A DNA stretch of 64,000 bases, taken from the IMG/VR virus record IMGVR_UViG_3300010885_018971, positions 1 to 64,000 of that record. One strand, given 5' to 3'. Under the pieces are notes generated by a model. That model worked only from the letters and a program-made list of their open reading frames with translations, made no database searches and was not told where the DNA came from. The position numbers were made by a program, and so were the translations under genes. Of this stretch, positions 55,543-64,000 are shown piece by piece. The stretch is from a virus. How positions within the stretch are numbered: position 1 is the stretch's first letter; each line of letters opens with the position of its first letter.

Positions 55543-55935
55543 ATGGCAAGAAATACAAGAACATTCACCGATCTAGATCTAAATTTTCTGGCTCATCCAG
55601 TCACTAAAGACGTGACTGCCAAAACAGATGAACAGGCAGTTAAGGCGTCAATACGTAATTTGATTTTAACATCAAACTACGAAAAACCATTTCACCCAGA
55701 GATTGGCTCTCCAATTAAGTCATTATTATTCGAACCAGCAACTCCTCTGTTGCCAGTTCTTATTAAAAAGGCTATCAGACAGACTATTGAGAACTTCGAG
55801 CCGAGAGCTAGATTGACTGACATAATTGCAAATTTAAGCGCAGACAATAATGATGTTTATGTAACCGTAGAATTCACCCTAATTAATACTACAACTCCAA
55901 TTAGTGTTAATTTGGTACTTAACAGAACGAGATAA
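55543..55935 (+). CDS. 25: gp25 baseplate wedge subunit
   Basis: DLDLNF..HP, E.PFHPEIG, LFE, FEPR. Confidence 0.93.
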   Translation: MARNTRTFTDLDLNFLAHPVTKDVTAKTDEQAVKASIRNLILTSNYEKPFHPEIGSPIKSLLFEPATPLLPVLIKKAIRQTIENFEPRARLTDIIANLSADNNDVYVTVEFTLINTTTPISVNLVLNRTR

Positions 55936-55938
55936 GAT

Positions 55939-57789
55939 ATGGCAATCGAAAGCAAAAGAATCCAAGTTAGTGAGCTAGACTTCGATCAGATTAAAACTAA
56001 CCTAAAGAATTTTCTTAAAGGTCAAAATCAGTTTTCTGACTATGATTTTGAAGGTTCTGGCCTTTCAGTTCTTCTTGATGTTTTAGCGTACAACACGCAT
56101 TATAATGCACTTTACACAAACTTGGCTGTCAATGAGATGTTTCTTGACTCAGCCAGTAAACGTGCCAGTGTAGTTTCGATTGCTAAGTCTTTGGGCTATA
56201 CCCCACAATCAGCTACATCAGCTAGAGCAATTGTTAATATGGAAGTTACCAATCCAGGATCTACTCCATATTCTTTAACGCTTCCACAATATTCTCCATT
56301 CACAACTGTTATTGATGGAAAATCTTATATCTTTTATAACACTTCTGAAGTAACAATTATTCCTCCAAATAATATCTATACGTTTGCTGATTTAGAATTA
56401 GTTGAAGGAACACCAATAACCTTTAAATATACAGTTGCTGATGGACAGCAATATATTATTCCAAATACTAATGCGGATATGTCTACTTTAAAAGTTCGTG
56501 TTCAAGAGTCTTCAAACTCAGACATGTTCACTACATTTTATCCAGCAACTTCTTTAGTGCAACTTGCATCAGACAGTAATGTATATTTCTCTAAAGAAAT
56601 CGATAATGGTTTATATGAAATTGTTTTTGGTGATGGTGTAGTATCCTCTGCTCTGACAAATGGTAATATAGTTCACTTAGATTATTTTATCACAAAAGGA
56701 TCTGTTGCTAATGGTGCACGACAATTCTTATATGCTGGAACAACCCTAATCGGTGGTGTTCCTGTAATTACAACTACAAGTCCAGCTTCTGGTGGAACTG
56801 AGTCTGAAAGTATTGACAGTATTAAATATAATGCACCAAGATTATATGCTGCGCAGAATCGTGCAGTTACGCCTGATGATTATAAAGCATTAATATATGG
56901 GGCATTTCCTTATATTAAATCTGTATCAGTTTGGGGTGGCGAGGACAATAATCCTCCAGTTTACGGTAGAACTTATATCTGCGCTAAACCAACCAATGCC
57001 ATCAAATTAACAAACCAACAAAAGTCTGATATCACAACTACGTTGCTTTCTTCTAGGAGTGTAGTTTCAATAACACCTGTTATTGTTGATCCAGAATATA
57101 TTAATATTTCTCTAGATGTTACAGTTTACTATAACGATAGAAAAACTACAAAAACTGTTTCTCAAATCTCTGCATTAGTTATTGATACTATTTTTGCTTA
57201 CGATGATACAAATCTACAGAAATTTGATGGAGTATTTAGATACTCTCAATTGAGCCGTTTGATTGATTTGGCTGAACCTTCTATTGTAAGTAATATCACA
57301 ACAGTTCTACTCCGTAGAAAAGTATCACCTCGTTATAATGTTTCTGCTGAATATACAATCAATTTAGTTAACCCAATTTTCTCAGCTGGTGTTCCTGAAG
57401 GTGCAGTAACTTCAACAGGTTTTTATATTAAAGGTAGTGAAGAAATTCACTATCTACAAGATGATGGTGTTGGTAATATTCAACTATATTATATTATTGC
57501 ATCAAACGCAGCCACGACTGGTACAACTAAACTTATCGTAAATCCAAAAATTGGAACTGTTGATTATGCTGGTGGTATTCTAAATATTAAGAATTTAAAT
57601 ATTACTGCATTGGGAGATATAGATTTTGAGATTTCATTTAAACCCCAATCAAACGATGTTGTTTCTGCTTATACACAAATTGCTGAAATTGCACGAGATC
57701 ATTTAACTGTTACTGCCATTGCCGATAAAACATCAAATGGTGATCTACGTGGCGGAAAGAATTATACATTTACTTCTAGCAGAAACTAA
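55939..57789 (+). CDS. 6: gp6 baseplate wedge subunit
   Basis: LDFDQIK, DYDFEGS, LAYNTHY, FGDGV, QNRAVT..DY. Confidence 0.95.
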   Translation: MAIESKRIQVSELDFDQIKTNLKNFLKGQNQFSDYDFEGSGLSVLLDVLAYNTHYNALYTNLAVNEMFLDSASKRASVVSIAKSLGYTPQSATSARAIVNMEVTNPGSTPYSLTLPQYSPFTTVIDGKSYIFYNTSEVTIIPPNNIYTFADLELVEGTPITFKYTVADGQQYIIPNTNADMSTLKVRVQESSNSDMFTTFYPATSLVQLASDSNVYFSKEIDNGLYEIVFGDGVVSSALTNGNIVHLDYFITKGSVANGARQFLYAGTTLIGGVPVITTTSPASGGTESESIDSIKYNAPRLYAAQNRAVTPDDYKALIYGAFPYIKSVSVWGGEDNNPPVYGRTYICAKPTNAIKLTNQQKSDITTTLLSSRSVVSITPVIVDPEYINISLDVTVYYNDRKTTKTVSQISALVIDTIFAYDDTNLQKFDGVFRYSQLSRLIDLAEPSIVSNITTVLLRRKVSPRYNVSAEYTINLVNPIFSAGVPEGAVTSTGFYIKGSEEIHYLQDDGVGNIQLYYIIASNAATTGTTKLIVNPKIGTVDYAGGILNIKNLNITALGDIDFEISFKPQSNDVVSAYTQIAEIARDHLTVTAIADKTSNGDLRGGKNYTFTSSRN

Positions 57790-60287
57790 TGATTACCAGA
57801 CCTAAAGTATCTTCCCTGTTACCATCACAGGTTCCTGAGTTTGTCAGGGAAGACTACACAACATTCGTTGAATTCCTAAAAGCGTATTATGAATTCTTAG
57901 ATCAAAATTATGATACGAATTTCACTACACTTAGAGATTTAGATAAAACTCTAGACTCATTTATTGATCAGTTTAAAAACGAACTTGCAATAAATTTACC
58001 ATATAGTGTTGTAAATGAAAGATTTTTATTAGAAAAAATTAAAGATCAGTACCTCGCTAAAGGTTCTGAGGCATCTTTTAAGTTATTATTTAAAATTTTA
58101 TTTGATAAAAAAGTAACTGTAGAATATCCATCAAAACAAATTCTTCGTGCATCTGATGGTAAGTGGAATCAAGACGTTGGTGTTTTTGCCAGAGTTAATG
58201 CTGGCAGTCCAGATGATATTGTTGGTAAGATTGTTGATGTAGTTACTCCAACTAAAATTCTAAGAGTTCAAGTTGATAAAAGGCAGTATGTTGAGGTTGA
58301 GGTTGATAATGTAACTCAGATTTCTGGTGATATCTATGAATTTTATATCGATCGTAGATTCTTTGGTAGTATCAATATTGGAGATTCTCTCCGCTATGCA
58401 GATACTTTTGAAGCAACCATAGTACCAACAACAGCAAAAATTGAAATACAAAAACCTGGAAAGAAGTTTAAAGTAGGTGATTTATATCCTATTAAAAATG
58501 GTAATGGTAATGGTAGTATATTAAAAATATCTAGAGTTAGTGCTACTGGTGGCATTGAAGCTGCTGAATTTGTTAGATATGGCATTGGTTATGAAACAGA
58601 TTTTACTGCAAACATAATTCCAATATCTGGGACATCTGCCAACTCAAATTTATCTAGTAGTTTAACAATCTCTGGTGTTAGTCCAAATTATAGCATTGGG
58701 TTCAATGAATCTACCGATGGATTTTTTGAACAGGGTATTATCAATATAACAGATTATACTGAAACTGGTGAATACTGGGATGGTACATATTCTGGGCAAA
58801 TTATTCGTGAGTTCTTTGTTGATAACAAATACTCAGTTCTAGATCCAGATGAACCTGCATATGTTAAGATTAATCTTGGTGCATTAGCAAAATATCCAGG
58901 ATACTATACTACTAATGATGGTTTCTTGGATGATGCTATTTTTATTCAAGATAGTCGTTATTATCAGGCATTCGCCTATGTTCTTAAGATTGATGAGAGA
59001 TTAGATACATATCGTTCTGCAGTTAAAACTTTAGTTCACCCAGCTGGTATGGCTTTGTTTGGTGAGTTTGATATCCGAAACGAATTTGATGCTGGAACAT
59101 CTTTAGAATTTGCATTAAGATACCTTTTTGTTGCATTTCAAGATGAGCAGTTTATTGCAGACAATATATCTACAAAATTCTTAAATAAGACTCTAATATC
59201 AGGGCATTTAATAAATGATAATGCAACACCAGAGCAAGAAGAAGCAATTCCTACTGATGTAAATTTCATTGAAACATCTAAGTTAATAAACAACACAACT
59301 AGTAATTATGATGATGATGTAGAACCGAATGAAGTCTTCCCAGTAGAATCTCAATATTTAAATGCAGATGGACTAACATATAGAGATGGTATTAGCATAA
59401 TTGATTTTAGTAAGCATGTTCAATCTGCTTACTTAAATGATGGAGTTACGTTAGATACCAATTTGGTAACAATGTTGGAAGATCCAGCAATAACTTTATC
59501 AAAACCTCTGCAGGATTCTTTCTCTATGGCGGAGACTATTTCGGCAATAGATATGTCGAAACTGCTATCATCTGGGCATTTAATAAATGATAATGCAACT
59601 ACAGATTCTGAATCAGTAACTCCAACAGAGAGTTACGTAAGTTTACTATCTAAGCCGTTGGGCTCTCAATTACTTTACGATGAAATTACCACAGAAGATA
59701 GTAATGTTTCTATGGATACTATTCCAGACGCTTCTACTATTCTATTCAGTAAACTAGTGAATGATACTTTACTTTATGATGGTGTTACACTAGATGACAA
59801 TACATTCACTGTAACTGAAGATGACTATTTAAATGCAGATGGATTAACTTACCGAAAAGGTATTAGCACATTCGCTATTACTAAGGTATTTAATTCGCCT
59901 ATTTACGACCACTATTTGTATGATGGTGCAGTTTTAGATACGGATACAGTTGCGCCATCTGAATCTATTTCAGCAATAGATATGTCTAAATCGCTATCTA
60001 CACATTATTTGTATGATGGTGTAACGAACGATAATAACGAAGTACCTATTTCAGACACTACTGGAACAGATTCAGCACGAACTGTTCCATATATTGTCCT
60101 AAATAAGTCTATTACTAACATAACCACGAATTACGATGGTGACTTAGATGATGAAACAATTACTGTGACTGGTGGAGGAGGAAATATATGGTTCAACCCA
60201 TATTCTGAACCTTATCCTGTTGCACAATCATACTTTTTAAACGATAGCGGAAACTATGTTGAAGGTGAATCCGCTTTTACTGGATAA
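57789..60287 (+). CDS. 7: gp7-like baseplate wedge initiator
   Basis: PEFVREDY, Y..KGSE.S, IQDS.YYQ.F.Y, HPAG; C-terminal acidic repeats. Confidence 0.8.
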   Translation: MITRPKVSSLLPSQVPEFVREDYTTFVEFLKAYYEFLDQNYDTNFTTLRDLDKTLDSFIDQFKNELAINLPYSVVNERFLLEKIKDQYLAKGSEASFKLLFKILFDKKVTVEYPSKQILRASDGKWNQDVGVFARVNAGSPDDIVGKIVDVVTPTKILRVQVDKRQYVEVEVDNVTQISGDIYEFYIDRRFFGSINIGDSLRYADTFEATIVPTTAKIEIQKPGKKFKVGDLYPIKNGNGNGSILKISRVSATGGIEAAEFVRYGIGYETDFTANIIPISGTSANSNLSSSLTISGVSPNYSIGFNESTDGFFEQGIINITDYTETGEYWDGTYSGQIIREFFVDNKYSVLDPDEPAYVKINLGALAKYPGYYTTNDGFLDDAIFIQDSRYYQAFAYVLKIDERLDTYRSAVKTLVHPAGMALFGEFDIRNEFDAGTSLEFALRYLFVAFQDEQFIADNISTKFLNKTLISGHLINDNATPEQEEAIPTDVNFIETSKLINNTTSNYDDDVEPNEVFPVESQYLNADGLTYRDGISIIDFSKHVQSAYLNDGVTLDTNLVTMLEDPAITLSKPLQDSFSMAETISAIDMSKLLSSGHLINDNATTDSESVTPTESYVSLLSKPLGSQLLYDEITTEDSNVSMDTIPDASTILFSKLVNDTLLYDGVTLDDNTFTVTEDDYLNADGLTYRKGISTFAITKVFNSPIYDHYLYDGAVLDTDTVAPSESISAIDMSKSLSTHYLYDGVTNDNNEVPISDTTGTDSARTVPYIVLNKSITNITTNYDGDLDDETITVTGGGGNIWFNPYSEPYPVAQSYFLNDSGNYVEGESAFTG

Positions 60288-60306
60288 TTACCACAAGGAG
60301 AATCTT

Positions 60307-60750
60307 ATGAACTTAAAAGAAAATTTAAAAGCTACTGGTGAACTTACAATTTCTGTTTTCACCCAAGACGGAAAATTAAAAGAATCCAAGAAAGTTCCAA
60401 ACTTAGTTGTTACCGTTGGTAAAAACTATATTGCTAGTCGTATGGCTGGGACTGCTTCTACTGTTATGTCTCACATGGCAATTGGAACTGGAACTGGAAC
60501 TCCAAGCGTAGGAAACACTACTCTAGGAACTGAAGCTGGTCGTGTTTCATTGGCATCATTTACTGCTTCCACAAATACTGTTACTGCAACAGCAACATTC
60601 CCAGCTGCCACTGCTACTGGTGCTATCACTGAAGCTGCAATCTTTAATGATGGATCATCTGGTACTATGCTTTGCCGCACAACATTCCCTGTTGTTAATA
60701 AAGCTGCAGGTGATTCTATCGCTATCACTTGGGTTGTTACTGTAAGTTAA
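60307..60750 (+). CDS. Virion structural protein (tail fibre/collar-type fold)
   Basis: NLVV..G, H.AIGTG, GAITEA, I.W; AAGGAG RBS. Confidence 0.7.
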   Translation: MNLKENLKATGELTISVFTQDGKLKESKKVPNLVVTVGKNYIASRMAGTASTVMSHMAIGTGTGTPSVGNTTLGTEAGRVSLASFTASTNTVTATATFPAATATGAITEAAIFNDGSSGTMLCRTTFPVVNKAAGDSIAITWVVTVS

Positions 60751-60766
60751 TTAAAAGAAAACACAA

Positions 60767-63694
60767 ATGGCTACATCTTCTTTAATGAAGACCTCTCTGC
60801 ATAATTCTATTGCAGATGGTTTATATACTGAGATTATAACAAACTATTCAAGATATTATTATTTCTTGGGGAGAACTCTCACGTGGGAAGATGAGCTAAC
60901 ACCTCCAGAGCCAGTAGATAGTTATGCTTATGATTTACAAACTCGTAATGAAATTATCACAATGAAAGCGATTAAAGCTACTGACGTAGCTTATGTTGTT
61001 AATCGTATTGATTGGACTAGTGGAACAGTTTATGATCATTTTGACGATCAGTATTCAACTGAAGTCCAAGGTGTTAATTTAACTGATGGTGGATTTAGTT
61101 ATGGTTCTGCGCCAAATGTTTACATTGGTTCAGAAGGTGCTGTACTTTGGGTTCCAAATACTGCATATGTTTATGGAGATATGATTAAAGTTTTAGCCAG
61201 TGGTAAAGTTTACATAGTTACTAATACAGGAATTACTGGATCTACTGCTCCAAGTCATACCACAGGATCTCAATTAAATGGAACGGCATCTTTAGATTAT
61301 GTAAATCATAATGATGCTGGTGGATCTGGTGCAACGGCAGAATCTACTGTTCTTGATGGTTCTGTTATTGACATTAGCTTAACCAATCGTGGTAGAGGAT
61401 ATATTTCCAATCCATCAATTACAATTATTGGTGGTGGCGGTGGTGGCGCAATTGCAACTGGTGTAGTTACAATTGCTGCTTCTGGAACGCAGAAAGTGGA
61501 AAATTCTCAATTTTATGTTGTCACTGATGAATTCAATGTGTATCAATGTATTGATAATAATGATGGAACTCCATCAGTGATAAAACCAACTGGAACTTCT
61601 ATTGATGTAGTCAAAACTAGCGATGACTATATTTGGAAATTTCTTTACAATATACCGATCGCTTTAAGAAATAAATTTTTTACAGATTCTTACATGCCAG
61701 TTCTAACTGCATTAAGAGATCAATTTTATTCTTCTGGAACTTTAAAAACTATCCGTATTAATCAAGCAGGAAGTGGATATAGTTATGGAACTATTACGAT
61801 ACAGGGGGATGGTAATTCTTCTGGAGAAGCATTATATTTAACTGATCATTCTTTCACTGCTGGTGGTTCTGGTTATTCAACACCAACTATTTCTATTGAT
61901 CCTCCATTCAATGGGGTATCTCCATGGCTTTCTCAACAATCTCCTATTGTTGGTCAGTATTTAAGTTATGGTAATAATATATACCTAGTTTCAGTTGGTG
62001 GAACTACATCAACAGTTGGTCCAATTCATCGTTTTGGTACAGTAGAAAATGGAACAACTGCATTAACATATGCTGGCACTACAGTTACAGCAGAAGCTGT
62101 TGTAGAAGATGGCGAGATTACTGATCTTATTGTATATGGTATGTTAAGAGACATACAAATTCTTAGTGGTGGCTCAGGATACACTCAAGCACCAACAGTT
62201 TATTTTGATGGTGGTGGCGGTTCAGCTGCCTCAGCAACAGCAGTATTACAAAATGGATCAATAATTCGTGTAATCATCACAGATCCAGGATATGATTATA
62301 TAACTGCTCCAGATATTACATTCGGTACTTCATGGGCACCATCAACAAGTGTTAGTATTGGTGATCAGATTTATTATTCAACTAGACTTTATACTGTTAC
62401 TGGTTCAGGAACTACTGGTGTTACTGCACCAGTACACTTGTCTGGATCAGCATCAAATGGTACTGCAACCCTAGATTATGCTGGAGCTCAGGCAACTGCA
62501 AGTACTTTGATTAAATATGGGGCTGGTTACTCAGATATTCCAACAATTACTATTACAGAAGAACTTGGTGAAGGCGCAGCATTTTATTTCACTGGCATAA
62601 AATCAGAAGCTAAATTAATACCAATTTTTGCAGCAGATACTTTGGGACAAGAGTGGCAAGATAGCACCACATATACCTTAGGGTTAAAAGTTTGGTATAG
62701 TAATAGATTATATACAGTAATAACTGGTGGTATCAGTGGGGTTGTTGAGCCAACTCATACAGCAGGTTCAATAACTAATGGTACTTGCACGTTTAGATTT
62801 GAAGGTTATTTTGGTCAATTGATTGGTGTGCAAGTTGATGATCCAGGAGTCGGATACACTTATGCCAATTTGAGTATCACTGGCGATGGCGAAGATGCAG
62901 AAGTTGTTGCAGACTTATCTCCAGGTGATGTTAATACTCTTCAAGCAAATATTGAATTACTAACTGTAGATGGTAAAATATTAAACTGTCCAATTATTTC
63001 AAGTGGTTATGGTTATGGCTTTGCCACAGTTACAATCACTGGAGACGGCACTGGTGCTGTAGCAGAAGCTATTATTAGTAATGGTGCAATTGAACGTATT
63101 AATATTACTAGCAGTGGATCTGGATATCGTAAGGCAACTGTTACCATTACTGGTACAGGATTTGGTGCACAGGCAAGAGCAATTATTGGTCCATATGGTG
63201 GATATGGAAAAGAAGCGCTAAATAATTTATACGCTCGCACATTAATGTTCTATAGTAATATTTCTCAAGATAGGAATCAGGGATTTAATGTAAATAATGA
63301 CTATCGTCAGATTGGTATTATTAAGGGACCAAGGCAATATTCAAACACTCAACCATTGACTCTTATTTTAGCGTCGGCATGCTGGGTTATTTCTGGTGTA
63401 GCAAACCCTACCCTCTTCCCAATAGATTCTATCATTTATAAAACTAGTGATTCTACTAGATTTAGAATTGTTACTAATACGGGATCATCATTGCTACTTC
63501 AATCCATGGACAACGCATTAATTACAACTGGAGATGCATTTACTAATGATAACTCAGATTTATTCGCATCAACTTCAGTGACTCCTCCAAACGTAGATAA
63601 ATATTCTGGAGACTTACTGTTTATCGACAATAAACAAGCGTTTACGCCTACAAATGATGAAGCAGTTACCCTTAGAACTGTTATTAGGTTCTAA
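60767..63694 (+). CDS. 8: gp8-like baseplate wedge protein with inserted repeats
   Basis: R.DW.SG..YD, VY.CIDN, D.Y.WKFLY, DYRQIG, SGDLLFIDN; GSGY and PTH..G...NG repeats. Confidence 0.82.
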   Translation: MATSSLMKTSLHNSIADGLYTEIITNYSRYYYFLGRTLTWEDELTPPEPVDSYAYDLQTRNEIITMKAIKATDVAYVVNRIDWTSGTVYDHFDDQYSTEVQGVNLTDGGFSYGSAPNVYIGSEGAVLWVPNTAYVYGDMIKVLASGKVYIVTNTGITGSTAPSHTTGSQLNGTASLDYVNHNDAGGSGATAESTVLDGSVIDISLTNRGRGYISNPSITIIGGGGGGAIATGVVTIAASGTQKVENSQFYVVTDEFNVYQCIDNNDGTPSVIKPTGTSIDVVKTSDDYIWKFLYNIPIALRNKFFTDSYMPVLTALRDQFYSSGTLKTIRINQAGSGYSYGTITIQGDGNSSGEALYLTDHSFTAGGSGYSTPTISIDPPFNGVSPWLSQQSPIVGQYLSYGNNIYLVSVGGTTSTVGPIHRFGTVENGTTALTYAGTTVTAEAVVEDGEITDLIVYGMLRDIQILSGGSGYTQAPTVYFDGGGGSAASATAVLQNGSIIRVIITDPGYDYITAPDITFGTSWAPSTSVSIGDQIYYSTRLYTVTGSGTTGVTAPVHLSGSASNGTATLDYAGAQATASTLIKYGAGYSDIPTITITEELGEGAAFYFTGIKSEAKLIPIFAADTLGQEWQDSTTYTLGLKVWYSNRLYTVITGGISGVVEPTHTAGSITNGTCTFRFEGYFGQLIGVQVDDPGVGYTYANLSITGDGEDAEVVADLSPGDVNTLQANIELLTVDGKILNCPIISSGYGYGFATVTITGDGTGAVAEAIISNGAIERINITSSGSGYRKATVTITGTGFGAQARAIIGPYGGYGKEALNNLYARTLMFYSNISQDRNQGFNVNNDYRQIGIIKGPRQYSNTQPLTLILASACWVISGVANPTLFPIDSIIYKTSDSTRFRIVTNTGSSLLLQSMDNALITTGDAFTNDNSDLFASTSVTPPNVDKYSGDLLFIDNKQAFTPTNDEAVTLRTVIRF

Positions 63695-63731
63695 TAAATA
63701 TAAAAGATTACTTACAGGATAGAGATCAACA

Positions 63732-64000
63732 ATGTTAGATTTTAACACCGAACCGTATAATGATGACTTTGATGAAAACAATAAATTCTACAGAATTTTG
63801 TTTCGTCCAAGTTTTGCTGTTCAAGCCAGAGAATTAACTCAGCTACAAACAATTCTACAAAATCAAATTTCCCGTCAGGGTGACCACCTCTTTAAAGAAG
63901 GTGCTATGGTCATTCCAGGACAGATCTCTCTTGACACAAAATATAATTATGTTAAATTGCAGGTATTTAACTCTGCTGGTGATGTAACTGAAACATTCGT
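63732..64000 (+). CDS. Large virion structural protein (VrlC-like), N-terminal part
   Basis: PY.DDFD...FYRILFRP..AVQARELTQLQ.ILQ.QI; truncated by window. Confidence 0.8.
   Translation, partial: MLDFNTEPYNDDFDENNKFYRILFRPSFAVQARELTQLQTILQNQISRQGDHLFKEGAMVIPGQISLDTKYNYVKLQVFNSAGDVTETF

Overview
64 kb segment of a T4-like (Tevenvirinae-superfamily style) myophage genome. It is AT-rich and uses the standard genetic code. The host is probably a proteobacterium: the ANDSQFALAA tmRNA tag and the rrn-type boxA suggest a Betaproteobacterium, which is inference. Gene order: nrdA/nrdB; a possible lysis and lipid-remodelling block (T-like holin, lipase, PlcP-like phosphoesterase, GT2, GATase-like); early hypothetical genes behind a repeated sigma70-type promoter; rnh; dCMP deaminase; 26 tRNA genes covering all 20 amino acids with interspersed structured RNAs; phoH; GH19 endolysin; a circularly permuted tmRNA; clpP; genes 33/59/32; and the baseplate/tail module (tape-measure-like, 51, 26, 16, 54, 2, 4, 48, 53, hub, 5, 5.4, 25, 6, 7, 8). 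The most striking element is absent from the ORF track. It is a leaderless 37-codon leader ORF (16245-16358) using 32 different codons and 19 amino acids. Its last codons form one arm of an antiterminator that competes with an intrinsic terminator directly in front of the first tRNA operon. This looks like a translation/tRNA-pool-sensing attenuator that would switch on phage tRNAs when ribosomes stall. It sits within a broader translation-rescue set: full tRNA set, boxA, two-piece tmRNA, an ArfA-like peptide and ClpP. All protein calls come from motif recognition by eye; no database search was run.
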